Shown: piece by piece, positions 48,361-57,352 of the stretch
How positions within the stretch are numbered: the stretch's first letter is position 1
How the letters are laid out: each line of letters opens with the position of its first letter
From: Alphaproteobacteria bacterium
GTDB taxonomy: Bacteria; Pseudomonadota; Alphaproteobacteria; UBA828
Assembly (NCBI GenBank): GCA_965214705.1
Contig: CBDCCI010000002.1
Span: 2,496,001 to 2,560,000 of the forward strand
Reading direction: 5' to 3'
DNA: 64,000 nt
Notes under the pieces: model-generated
The model's database searches: none
What the model saw: the letters and a program-made list of their open reading frames with translations, nothing else
What the model was told of the DNA's origin: nothing
Translations under genes and position numbers: made by a program

Positions 48361-48999
48361 ATGAGAGACCCGTGCCGGCTCTACCTGATCACCCCGCCCG
48401 AGTTTGAACTGGAGACCTTCACGCCCGCGCTCGAGGCGGCGCTCGACGCGGGCGATGTCGCCTGCCTCCAGCTCCGGCTGAAGGAGGCCGACGACGATGC
48501 GGTGCGCCGGGCGGGAGAGCGCCTGCTGCCGATTTGCCGGACGCGCGAGGTGCCGCTGCTCATCAACGACCGGCCCGATCTGGCGGCTGCAATCGGTGCA
48601 GACGGCGCCCATGTCGGCGCCGACGACGCGAGCTATACGGAAGCGCGCGAGCGGCTGGGCACGGACGGGATGGTGGGCGTGAGCTGCTACGATTCCCGCC
48701 ACCGGGCCATGGAGGCGGCTGCGTCGGGCGCCGACTACGTGGCCTTCGGCGCCTTCTTCCCCACCGAGACCAAGACACCGCGCGCGAAGGCGGACACCCA
48801 CCTGCTCAAGTGGTGGAGCACCCTCATGGTCGTGCCTTGCGTCGCCATCGGCGGCATCACGGCCGAGAACTGCGGGCCCCTGGTGGAGAACGGCGCCGAC
48901 TTCCTCGCCGTGATCGGCGGAGTCTGGTCACACCCGGACGGGCCGGAGGCCGGCGTCAAGGCGATCAATCGCGCCATTGCCAGCGCGGAGGCGAGTTGA
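48361..48999 (+). CDS. thiE: Thiamine-phosphate synthase
   Basis: LYLIT, QLRLK, IND, GVSCY, FFPTETK, VAIGGI. Confidence 0.93.
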   Translation: MRDPCRLYLITPPEFELETFTPALEAALDAGDVACLQLRLKEADDDAVRRAGERLLPICRTREVPLLINDRPDLAAAIGADGAHVGADDASYTEARERLGTDGMVGVSCYDSRHRAMEAAASGADYVAFGAFFPTETKTPRAKADTHLLKWWSTLMVVPCVAIGGITAENCGPLVENGADFLAVIGGVWSHPDGPEAGVKAINRAIASAEAS

Positions 49000-49033
49000 T
49001 ATAGCCTGCAGCCTCTCTCCGGCAGCAGACCCC

Positions 49034-49600
49034 ATGAAGATCAACGGCAACGCCATCCGCCCCGGCATGGTGATCGAGCATCAGGATCGCCTCTGGGTCG
49101 CGGTGAAAATTCAGCACACCCAGCCCGGCAAGGGCGGCGCCTACCTCCAGGTCGAGCTCAAGAACCTGCGCGACGGCACCAAGCTCAACGAGCGGTTTCG
49201 GGCGTCCGAAAACGTCGAACGCGTGCGCCTCGACCAGAAGCAATACCAGTACCTCTACGAGGACGGCGATCTGCTCCACTTCATGGATCAGGACACCTAC
49301 GAGCAGTCCAGCCTCGCGCGCGACCTGATCGGCGAGCGGATGGTCTTCATGCACGAGGGGATGATCGTCACCATTGAATCCCACGAGGGCTCACCGCTCG
49401 GGGTGACGCTGCCGGACACGGTGGTGCAGACGGTCACCGAGACCGAGCCGGTGGTGAAGGGCCAGACGGCCGCGGCCTCCTACAAGCCGGCGCTGCTCGA
49501 CAATGGCATCAGAACGATGGTGCCGCCCCACATCTCCGAGGGCGAGCGCGTGGTGATAAGCACCGCCGATTCGACCTATGTCGAGCGCGCCCGCGACTGA
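49034..49600 (+). CDS. efp: Translation elongation factor P
   Basis: PGKGGA loop, VKGQTA, YKPA, YVER. Confidence 0.97.
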   Translation: MKINGNAIRPGMVIEHQDRLWVAVKIQHTQPGKGGAYLQVELKNLRDGTKLNERFRASENVERVRLDQKQYQYLYEDGDLLHFMDQDTYEQSSLARDLIGERMVFMHEGMIVTIESHEGSPLGVTLPDTVVQTVTETEPVVKGQTAAASYKPALLDNGIRTMVPPHISEGERVVISTADSTYVERARD

Positions 49601-49663
49601 GCGGCCGGCCCGCGGGCGCGGCCGGCGCCCGCCTTCCCTCCTCCACACGACGATCGCCACGCC

Positions 49664-50461
49664 ATGTCCCGCCGCTCGCCGCTGATCACGGTCATGGTCA
49701 ACGCCGCCTACAAGGCGGCGCGTGACCTGATCCGCGACTTCGGCGAGGTCGAGAACCTGCAGGTCTCGCAAAAGGGGCCGGCGGATTTCGTCTCGGCGGC
49801 CGACCACCGGGCCGAGAAGACGCTGGTCGCGGAGCTCGGCCGGGCGCGCCCGCGCTTCGGCTTCCTGCTCGAGGAAGGCGGCGCCATCGGCGGCGAGGAC
49901 AGCTCCAACCGCTGGGTCGTCGATCCCCTGGACGGAACCACCAACTTCCTGCACGGGCTGCCTCATTTCGCCATCTCCATCGGGCTGGAGCGTGACGGCA
50001 AACCCTATGCCGGTGTGATCTACGATCCGGTGCGGGACGAGCTGTTTTGGGCGGAGAACGGCGCCGGCGCCTTCATCAACAACCAGCGGCTCAGGGTCTC
50101 GGCCCGGCGCGCGCTGCCGAGCGCGCTGCTCGCGACCGGGCTGCCCTTCGGTGCGCGGCCGCGCTATCCGGGCCATCCCGAGATGGTGCGCCGCCTCGCC
50201 GGGGAGACGGCAGGTGTACGCCGGACGGGCTCGACTGCGCTTGACCTCGCCTACGTCGCGGCCGGACGGCTCGACGGATATTGGGGCTTCGGCATGGAGC
50301 CCTGGGACCTCGCGGCCGGGATCATCATCGTGCGCGAGGCCGGCGGTATCGTGACCGAGGTCGACGGCGGCGCGGACTCCATGACGAGCGGCGACGTGCT
50401 GGCCGCCAACGGCCACCTGCACGGGGTGTTGCGGGAGGCTCTGGCGCAAGCGGGCGGCTGA
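49664..50461 (+). CDS. suhB: Inositol monophosphatase (SuhB)
   Basis: DPLDGTTNF, RRTGSTALDL, WDLAAG. Confidence 0.93.
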   Translation: MSRRSPLITVMVNAAYKAARDLIRDFGEVENLQVSQKGPADFVSAADHRAEKTLVAELGRARPRFGFLLEEGGAIGGEDSSNRWVVDPLDGTTNFLHGLPHFAISIGLERDGKPYAGVIYDPVRDELFWAENGAGAFINNQRLRVSARRALPSALLATGLPFGARPRYPGHPEMVRRLAGETAGVRRTGSTALDLAYVAAGRLDGYWGFGMEPWDLAAGIIIVREAGGIVTEVDGGADSMTSGDVLAANGHLHGVLREALAQAGG

Positions 50462-50530
50462 GGGTGGCGCAGGCCGCAATTCCGACGGGGAATCCGGGTT
50501 GCCCAGGCCCCTTCGTCACGCGGCTTTCGG

Positions 50531-50624
50531 CCCCACCCTCACCCCGGCCCTCCCGGCGGGGAGGAGAGGGAGAGAGCGTCCGCGCCGCCTTTGTTCCCCC
50601 TCCTCCCGGGAGGAGGGGGAAGGG
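50531..50624. repeat. REP-like palindromic element
   Basis: CCCTCACCCCGGCCCTCCC..GGAGAGGG followed by the perfect 28-bp palindrome TTCCCCCTCCTCCCGGGAGGAGGGGGAA (50594-50621). Confidence 0.75.
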
Positions 50625-50978
50625 CAGAATCACGGTCGCTCCGCAGGCTGGGGCCAAGAGCGCACGTCCCTTGCACCGCTGGCCGCGACTCGGTGGGGAA
50701 TGAATGTAAGGTTACTCCAATTGATTCCGCGGTACCGCTACGTATAGGAGGCGATGTCTACTACGGAACCTGCTACGTTAGGGTTGAAGGTGGGCAAGGC
50801 CATTCGGATGTAGCACTATACGTCCACCATCAATTTCCAACGCAATAGGGTCAAAGCCAAGACTAATAAGGGCAAGAGAAAGCTACGCTAGCCTAAGAAG
50901 GATGACTAGCCTTCACGCACGGAACATCAACACAGTGGAGGTTTCATTCGAGCCTCCGCTATGTGTTAGTGATAGGAG

Positions 50979-52037
50979 ATGGACATGCAGTTTCGCAACA
51001 TACCTAACCATGAGCGATTGCGGTTCCTGCTCGATGAGAAGGAGCATTTGATTGCCGACGGCGCCACGGCTACCAACCTCTTTGAGCTAGGCTTGGAGTC
51101 GGGCGATCCTCCTGAGCTATGGAATCTCGATAAGCCTTGGCTGGTGATCGGCAACCATGAAGCCATGAGATATGCTGGAGCTGACATCCTACTGACCAAC
51201 AGTTTCGGTGGCAATGCCTACAGGATGAAGCTCCATGGCTCCCAAGACCGGGTATTCGAGCTGAATAAGGAAGCCGCTTTACTGGCCCGTCAGGTGGTAA
51301 GTGAGGCGGATAGGCCGATGTTGGTAGCAGGGTGCATGGGACCAACCGGCGAGATTGTCATGTCTACTTCGGGGGAAGCAGCTTCTATCGGCACCTTGAC
51401 TCAGGAGGATGCGGTCGAGGCATTCAAAAATCAAGCAATCTCTCTACAAAAAGGTTCCGCTGATATCATCTGGATCGAAACCATGTCATCTTTGGCGGAG
51501 GTGGAAGCCGCTATTCTAGGGGCTCGCAGCACTGGCCTGCCCATTGTATGCACCATGTCCTTTGACACCAACGGTTTCACCATGATGGGTCTAACTCCGC
51601 AAGATGTAGCTGTATATTTCACACGTAATGCTATAGATGTAGCAGCCTTTGGCGCGAACTGTGGAGGAGGATTTGGTGATACCGTGGCCTCTATCATGGA
51701 GATGAACGAAGTAAATAAAAACGAAATCTTAGTCGTCAAGTCGAACTGCGGCGTCCCTAAGTTGGTGAAAGGGAAGGTGTGTTATTCGGGTGCTGATAAC
51801 GCCGTGCGTAAGTACGCCAGACTTTCCAAAGATGCTGGAGCACGAATCATAGGAGGGTGCTGCGGCTTTACTCCTGACCACATACGCATACTCAAGGAGG
51901 AACTTGAGTGCTACACCCCATTCCCTGTGAACCTCAGCGTTATCGATGCCGAGTTAGGGCTGTCTCGCTCTGATTTGACTCAGCCCCTCAAGCGCCGCAC
52001 CAGTAAATCACGGGCAAATAGGAGAGGCAAATCGTGA
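50979..52037 (+). CDS. bmt: Betaine--homocysteine S-methyltransferase (Hcy-binding domain, split-MetH type)
   Basis: ADGATATNLF, LTNSFGGN, MGPTGE, WIETMS, FDTNGFTMMG, Zn ligands GANCG and GGCCG; basic C-terminal tail. Confidence 0.85.
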   Translation: MDMQFRNIPNHERLRFLLDEKEHLIADGATATNLFELGLESGDPPELWNLDKPWLVIGNHEAMRYAGADILLTNSFGGNAYRMKLHGSQDRVFELNKEAALLARQVVSEADRPMLVAGCMGPTGEIVMSTSGEAASIGTLTQEDAVEAFKNQAISLQKGSADIIWIETMSSLAEVEAAILGARSTGLPIVCTMSFDTNGFTMMGLTPQDVAVYFTRNAIDVAAFGANCGGGFGDTVASIMEMNEVNKNEILVVKSNCGVPKLVKGKVCYSGADNAVRKYARLSKDAGARIIGGCCGFTPDHIRILKEELECYTPFPVNLSVIDAELGLSRSDLTQPLKRRTSKSRANRRGKS

Positions 52038-52042
52038 CGCAT

Positions 52043-53544
52043 GAGCCACTTGCAGAATTCCGCATTTGAGCGGGATTTTGCCGCCGTGGCGGTCAGATTG
52101 TCCTGGAAATCGGGACCGCTCTCTGTTCCTGTCGGGTTTCGGACAACGTCGACGGAGAGGGCGGCCCCATGTCGCTGGGAAAGACACTATCCGGATTCTG
52201 GCATCGCATTCAAGCGGATCTTTTCCCGTGGCTTGAGGAGGAGCTCGGGCCGCTCGGCGAGAGGTACCGGCGCTTCGTCACCGTGCTTGAGCTTGCGCGG
52301 GTCGAGAGCTTCCTTCCCCATTTCCATGGCCTGCCCGGTCGGCCGGTCGAGGATCGGGCGGCCTTGGCCCGCGCCTTCATCGCCAAGGCGGTGTTCGACG
52401 TTCCGACGACGCGCGCCCTGATCGAGCGCCTTGAGGCCGACAAGACGTTGCGGCATCTGTGCGGCTGGACCTGGCGCGGGGAGATCCCGAGCGAGGCGAC
52501 CTTCTCGCGGGCCTTCGCGGAGTTCTCCGAGGGGGCGTTGCCCGAACGGGTGCATGAGGCGCTGATCAAGCAGACCCTCGGAGACCATCTGGTCGGGCAC
52601 GTCTCGCGCGACTCGACGGCGATCGAGGCGCGCGAGAAGCCTCAGCCCAGGCCCAAGGCGGAGAAGCCGAAGCGCAAGCGCGGCCGCCCGCGCAAGGGCG
52701 AGGAGCGGCCCAAGGAGGAGCGCCGCGTGAAACGCCAGCTCACGATGAGCTTGCCCCAGATGCTCGACGACCTGCCGAAAGCCTGCGACGTCGGCACCAA
52801 GCGGAACGCCAAGGGCCATACCACATCGTGGATCGGTTACAAGCTGCACATCGACGCCGCCGATGGCGGCATCCCGATCAGTTGCATCCTGACGTCCGCC
52901 TCGCTGCACGACAGCCAGGCCGCGATCCCGCTGGCGAGTATGACCGCCGACCGCGTCACCAATCTGTACGACCTCATGGACTCAGCCTATGACGCGCCCG
53001 AGATCGGCTGGCACAGCTACCTGCTGGGCCACGTCCCGATCATCGACATCAACCCTCGCGATAAGGAGTACAAGGAGGAGCTGGCGCGCGAGGCCAGGGC
53101 GCAGAGAGGCGTCGGTCACCGCCACCCGGCGGACGAGCGCTACAACGAGCGCTCGAACATCGAGCGCATCAACGGTGGGCTGAAGGACAACTGCGGGGGC
53201 CGCCATGTCCGCGTGCGCGGCCATGCCAAGGTTCATTGCCACCTGATGTTCGGCATCCTGGTGCTGACGGTCGACCAGCTGATGCGCCTCCTGGCCTGAG
53301 CGGCGCCTCCGTCCCTGTCACGCCGGCACGCCTCCCTCGGCGGAGGCGCAAAAAGCCACGTCCGCATCGCGACGGCGGGTCCAAAATGCGCCCGCATGGG
53401 CATCGGTTTGCGGCGAATCGGCGACCCGGCGGCAGCCAGCGACGTCCGCTCGTCCCGATGTTCATGTTACGTTCCGGCCGTCAATGTCTTCACGACGGGC
53501 TCTCGGGAAAAGCAGACCGCGCCTGGGAGTTTTGCAAGTGGCTC
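52043..53544 (+). mobile_element. Insertion sequence, IS1182/IS5-like (1502 bp)
   Basis: 19-bp TIR GAGCCACTTGCA(G/A)AA(T/C)TCC with 2 mismatches; 4-bp TSD GCAT (52039-52042 and 53545-53548). Confidence 0.92.
52169..53299 (+). CDS. DDE transposase
   Basis: PGRP, PSEATFSRAF, SRDSTAI, GYKLH, SLHDSQ, MDSAYD, RYNERSNIER. Confidence 0.93.
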   Translation: MSLGKTLSGFWHRIQADLFPWLEEELGPLGERYRRFVTVLELARVESFLPHFHGLPGRPVEDRAALARAFIAKAVFDVPTTRALIERLEADKTLRHLCGWTWRGEIPSEATFSRAFAEFSEGALPERVHEALIKQTLGDHLVGHVSRDSTAIEAREKPQPRPKAEKPKRKRGRPRKGEERPKEERRVKRQLTMSLPQMLDDLPKACDVGTKRNAKGHTTSWIGYKLHIDAADGGIPISCILTSASLHDSQAAIPLASMTADRVTNLYDLMDSAYDAPEIGWHSYLLGHVPIIDINPRDKEYKEELAREARAQRGVGHRHPADERYNERSNIERINGGLKDNCGGRHVRVRGHAKVHCHLMFGILVLTVDQLMRLLA

Positions 53545-53546
53545 GC

Positions 53547-53863
53547 ATGTCGGTGTATAGAAGAGGGTTTGCCGCAAGCTGGCGGAGGTACTCGAATCTC
53601 CCAAGAGCTATCTGACTCCACAATCCTTCGCAATGCAGAAACCCGGATTGATTCGCATTACAGACGGCAAGGAGGGTGGAGTCGAAAATACAATCCACGT
53701 ATGGGACTGTAAATTGAACGTATCGTCAGCGTCGGATAATCGCTCCCATCCTTGGGATTTCAAGTCTTCAGTACTGTGGAATGCTATCCATGACAGTGTG
53801 TTCACCACCGAAAAAGCTGCTACCGTCTACTGCGATAAAGATATCTGGAATGAACACATGATC
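53547..53863 (+). pseudogene. Possible frameshifted, 3'-truncated gene remnant of unknown function
   Basis: ATG at 53547, then a long open frame from 53561 (KRVCRKLAEVLESPK..MQKPG..) offset by one nucleotide and running to the island edge. Confidence 0.3.
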
Positions 53864-53875
53864 GGGGAATGGGGT

Positions 53876-54100
53876 TCAGAGGCTGCGCCAGGCTTCCTCG
53901 TCCTCGAACGAAAGCCATTCGCCCATCAGCCCCCCGAGGCCATGCAGGAATTCATCTCGTCCCGGAACTACCTTGTGGACTACCAGGCGGTCGCCATCGA
54001 ATTCGAAGGCGATCACATCGCCCTCGCGCAGGCCTGCCGCGTCCCGAATGCTCTTTGGGATCGTCGTCCGACCGTGTGCTCCAATCTTGGCAAGTTCCAT
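53876..54100 (-). CDS. AbrB/MazE/SpoVT-family antitoxin (orphan)
   Basis: KIGAHGRTTIPKSIRDAAGLREGD..EWLSFEDEEAWRSL. Confidence 0.88.
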   Translation of the reverse strand: MELAKIGAHGRTTIPKSIRDAAGLREGDVIAFEFDGDRLVVHKVVPGRDEFLHGLGGLMGEWLSFEDEEAWRSL

Positions 54101-54252
54101 CTGTCCTATTCCCCGCTACTCGAAGCGTATGGTGATCTAATGTAGCGGATAACACCGCGGCTGAGCCCCGGCTGGCGGTTGCGCCCGCATTCGGCGAAAA
54201 TGCCGGCGCTTGTGAGACGCGGGCCTCGTGCCCACATGGGGGACAGCCGGGT

Positions 54253-55521
54253 ATGGACATCATTCTGAAGAACGCTCTCGTCGCGCACGAGGATCAGCCC
54301 GTGCGCGCAGCCGATATCGCCATCGAGGGCGAGCGCATCGCGGCGGTCGAGCCGGGGATCACGGCGGAGGCCGGCGAGACGATCGACTGCGGCGGCCGCC
54401 TCGTCTCGGGTCCGCTGATCGACCCGCACGTCCATCTCGACGCCGTGCTCACCGCCAACTTGGAGCCCAACATCACCGGCACGCTGCACGAGGGCATCGC
54501 TAATTGGGCTAAGCAAAAGAAGATTCGCGACCTAGAATCGGTCAAGGCGCGGGCCAGGCAGGCGATTGACTGGGAGGTCGCGCAGGGCGCTGGCTTCATC
54601 CGCACCCACGCCGACACCTCGGACGATAGCCAACTCTCCATGCAGGCTTTGCTGGAGGTCAAGGACGAGGTGAGTGACCGGGTCGACCTGCAGATCGTGG
54701 CCTTCCCGCAGGACGGCATCCATTCCCACCCCGGCGGCCCCGAGCTCTTCATTCGCGCGCTTGACATGGGGCCCGACGTGATCGGCGGCATCCCCCACAA
54801 CGAGGCGACGCGAGAGGCAGGCGTCGCCAGCCTCAAGCTGATCTTCGACGAGGCGGAGAAGCGAGGCCTGCTGATCGATGCCCACTGCGACGAGGTCGAC
54901 GACCCCAACTCGCGCTTCACCGAGGTGATGGCGCACGAGACCTATTACCGGGGCATGCAGGGCCGCGTGACGGCGAGTCACTGCGCAGCCATGCACTCCT
55001 ACGCCAACGCCTACGCCTTCCGCCTGTTCGGCTGGCTGGAGAAAGGCGGGCTCAACGTCATCGCCAACCCGTTCGACAACCTGATCCTGCTGGCGCGGGA
55101 GGACAGCTACCCCAAGCGCCGCGCAATGACCCGGGTGAAGGAGCTGTGGCAGGCCGGGATTACCGTCGGCATCGGCCACGATTCGATCATGGACCCGTGG
55201 TATCCGCTTGGCCGGGGCGACATGGTGCAGGCGGCCTCGGTGGCGCTCCACGTCTGCCAGATGTCCGGCACGGCGGAGATCGACGCCTGCTTCGACATGG
55301 TGACCTGGAAGAACGCCGAGATCCTCGCGCTGGAAGATTACGGCGTGGCCCCCGGCTGCCAGGCGGACCTCGCGGTGTTCGATGCCGCCAGCAAGGCGGA
55401 CGTGCTTCGCATCAACCCGGCGTGCACCCACGTCTTCAAGCGCGGCAAGCTGGTCGCCGCGACCACGCCGGCTGCCCGCACGGTGATGGGCCAGCCGGTC
55501 GACCTCACGCTCGGCAACTGA
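54253..55521 (+). CDS. codA: Cytosine/creatinine deaminase (CodA family)
   Basis: DPHVHLD, GTLHEGI, AFPQDG, GGIPH, HCDE, GHDSIMDPWYPLG. Confidence 0.9.
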   Translation: MDIILKNALVAHEDQPVRAADIAIEGERIAAVEPGITAEAGETIDCGGRLVSGPLIDPHVHLDAVLTANLEPNITGTLHEGIANWAKQKKIRDLESVKARARQAIDWEVAQGAGFIRTHADTSDDSQLSMQALLEVKDEVSDRVDLQIVAFPQDGIHSHPGGPELFIRALDMGPDVIGGIPHNEATREAGVASLKLIFDEAEKRGLLIDAHCDEVDDPNSRFTEVMAHETYYRGMQGRVTASHCAAMHSYANAYAFRLFGWLEKGGLNVIANPFDNLILLAREDSYPKRRAMTRVKELWQAGITVGIGHDSIMDPWYPLGRGDMVQAASVALHVCQMSGTAEIDACFDMVTWKNAEILALEDYGVAPGCQADLAVFDAASKADVLRINPACTHVFKRGKLVAATTPAARTVMGQPVDLTLGN

Positions 55522-55551
55522 ACGCAGCGTTTCGGAGAATGGAGAGAAACG

Positions 55552-57333
55552 ATGGTGCAAACCTATAGCGCGCCGCTTCGCGACATGCGCTTCGTGCTGA
55601 ACGAGCTGCTCGACGTGGGCGAGATCGCGACGCTGCCCGGCTACGAGGACGCGACGCCCGACGTGATCGACGCCATGATCGAGGAGGGCGCCAAGCTCTG
55701 CGAGAACACGCTGCTGCCGCTCAACCGCCCGGCGGACGAGGAAGGCTGCCACTACGAGAACGGCGTGGTGCGCACACCCGTCGGCTACAAGGAGGCCTAC
55801 AAGACCTTCGTCGATGCCGGCTGGACCGGCGTCACGCTGTCGCCGGACTACGGCGGCAAGGGGCTGCCGCAGCTCATCAGCATGGTCTTCGACGAGATGG
55901 TCTGCTCGACCAACCTTGCCTTCGGCGTCTACCCGCTGCTCACCAACGGGGCCGCGGCGGTAATCGAGCTGCACGCGGCGGAGGCGCTCAAGCAGGCCTA
56001 TCTGCCCCGCCTCGGCGACGGCACCTGGAGCGGCACCATGTGCCTGACCGAGCCCCACTGCGGCACGGACCTGGGGCTGATCCGCACCAAGGCCGTGCCG
56101 ACCGACGAGGGCCGCTACGCGATCTCCGGCACCAAGATTTTCATCTCTGCCGGCGAGCATGACCTGACCGAGAACATCGTCCATCTCGTGCTGGCGAAGC
56201 TGCCCGACGCCCCGCCCGGCGTGCGCGGCATCAGCCTCTTCCTGGTGCCGAAGCGGACGCTCAAGGAGGACGGAACGGCGGGGCCGGCCAACGGCGTCTC
56301 CTGCGGCTCCATCGAGGAGAAGATGGGCATCCACGGCTCGGCCACCTGCGTGATGCACTTCGACGAGGCAGAGGGCTACCTCATCGGCTCGCCGCACAAG
56401 GGCCTGCGCTGCATGTTCACGATGATGAACGGGGCGCGGCTCGGCGTCGGCCTCCAGGGTCTGGGGCTCGGCGAGACCGCCTACCAGAGCGCGACCGCCT
56501 ACGCGAAGGACCGCCGCCAGGGGCGCGGGCTCAAGGGCGCCGAGGAGCCGGAGGCGTCGGCCGATCCCATCATCGTCCACCCCGACGTGCGCCGCATGCT
56601 GCTCAACCAGCGCGCCATCAACGAGGGCGCCCGCGCGCTCGCCTACTGGACCGCGCTGCAGCTCGACGTCTCGCGCAGCCACGAGGACGCCTCGGTGCGC
56701 GAGGATGCCGACGAGCTGGTGCAGCTTATGACGCCGATCATCAAGGCCTTCTTCACGGACTACGGCTTCGAGGCGACCAACCTCGCGGTGCAGGTCCACG
56801 GCGGCCACGGCTACATCCGCGAGCACGGCATGGAGCAGCTCGTGCGCGATGCGCGGATCAGCCAAATCTACGAGGGCGCGAACGGCATCCAGGCGCTCGA
56901 CCTGGTGGGCCGCAAGCTGCCCCGCCGGGCCGGGCGTTACCTGCGGCACTTCTTCCACCCCGCCGTCGCCTTCATCGAGGAGAACAAGGACGACCCGGAG
57001 CTCGCGGACATCGTGGGCCCCGTGGGCAAGGCGCTCGGCAAGCTGCAGACCGCGACGCTGGTCATCGCCCAGCGCGGCCTGGGCGACCCGGAGGAAGCGG
57101 GTGCTGCGGCCTCGGACTATCTCAGGATGTTCGGGCTGGTGGCGGTGGGCTACATGTGGTGCCAGATGGCGAAGTGCGCGCGCGACAAGCAGAACGGCGA
57201 CGCCTTCTACGACACCAAGCTCAAGACCGCCCGGTTCTACGTGCAGAAGGTATTGCCGGACAGCGCCGGGCTCTTCCTCAAGATCATGGCCGGCAAAGGC
57301 ACCGTCATGGCCCACGGCGCCGAGGAGTTCTGA
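55552..57333 (+). CDS. Acyl-CoA dehydrogenase (DmdC-like long form)
   Basis: YSAPLRDM, TMCLTEPHCGTDLG, GTKIFIS, EEKMGIHG, GGHGY, IYEGANGIQALDL. Confidence 0.93.
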   Translation: MVQTYSAPLRDMRFVLNELLDVGEIATLPGYEDATPDVIDAMIEEGAKLCENTLLPLNRPADEEGCHYENGVVRTPVGYKEAYKTFVDAGWTGVTLSPDYGGKGLPQLISMVFDEMVCSTNLAFGVYPLLTNGAAAVIELHAAEALKQAYLPRLGDGTWSGTMCLTEPHCGTDLGLIRTKAVPTDEGRYAISGTKIFISAGEHDLTENIVHLVLAKLPDAPPGVRGISLFLVPKRTLKEDGTAGPANGVSCGSIEEKMGIHGSATCVMHFDEAEGYLIGSPHKGLRCMFTMMNGARLGVGLQGLGLGETAYQSATAYAKDRRQGRGLKGAEEPEASADPIIVHPDVRRMLLNQRAINEGARALAYWTALQLDVSRSHEDASVREDADELVQLMTPIIKAFFTDYGFEATNLAVQVHGGHGYIREHGMEQLVRDARISQIYEGANGIQALDLVGRKLPRRAGRYLRHFFHPAVAFIEENKDDPELADIVGPVGKALGKLQTATLVIAQRGLGDPEEAGAAASDYLRMFGLVAVGYMWCQMAKCARDKQNGDAFYDTKLKTARFYVQKVLPDSAGLFLKIMAGKGTVMAHGAEEF

Positions 57334-57352
57334 GCGCGGGGGCGCGGGGGCC

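Larger units (their letters stand above)
50695..53871. other. Lower-GC, probably horizontally acquired segment (carries a nested IS)
   Basis: Abrupt shift to AT-richer sequence and codon usage; GGGGAATG at both edges (50695-50702 and 53864-53871). Confidence 0.7.

Noticed and set aside
50703-50978. SAM or cobalamin riboswitch upstream of bmt
   Set aside because: No recognisable consensus by eye, and part of it reads as a coding fragment. An Rfam search would settle it.
52041-52421. 126-aa ORF at the IS left end
   Set aside because: Its ATG is formed by the TSD/TIR junction and it overlaps the transposase out of frame.
53633-54145. 170-aa ORF as an intact gene
   Set aside because: It crosses the island boundary, and its 3' half is antisense to the AbrB gene, so it is a chimeric frame.
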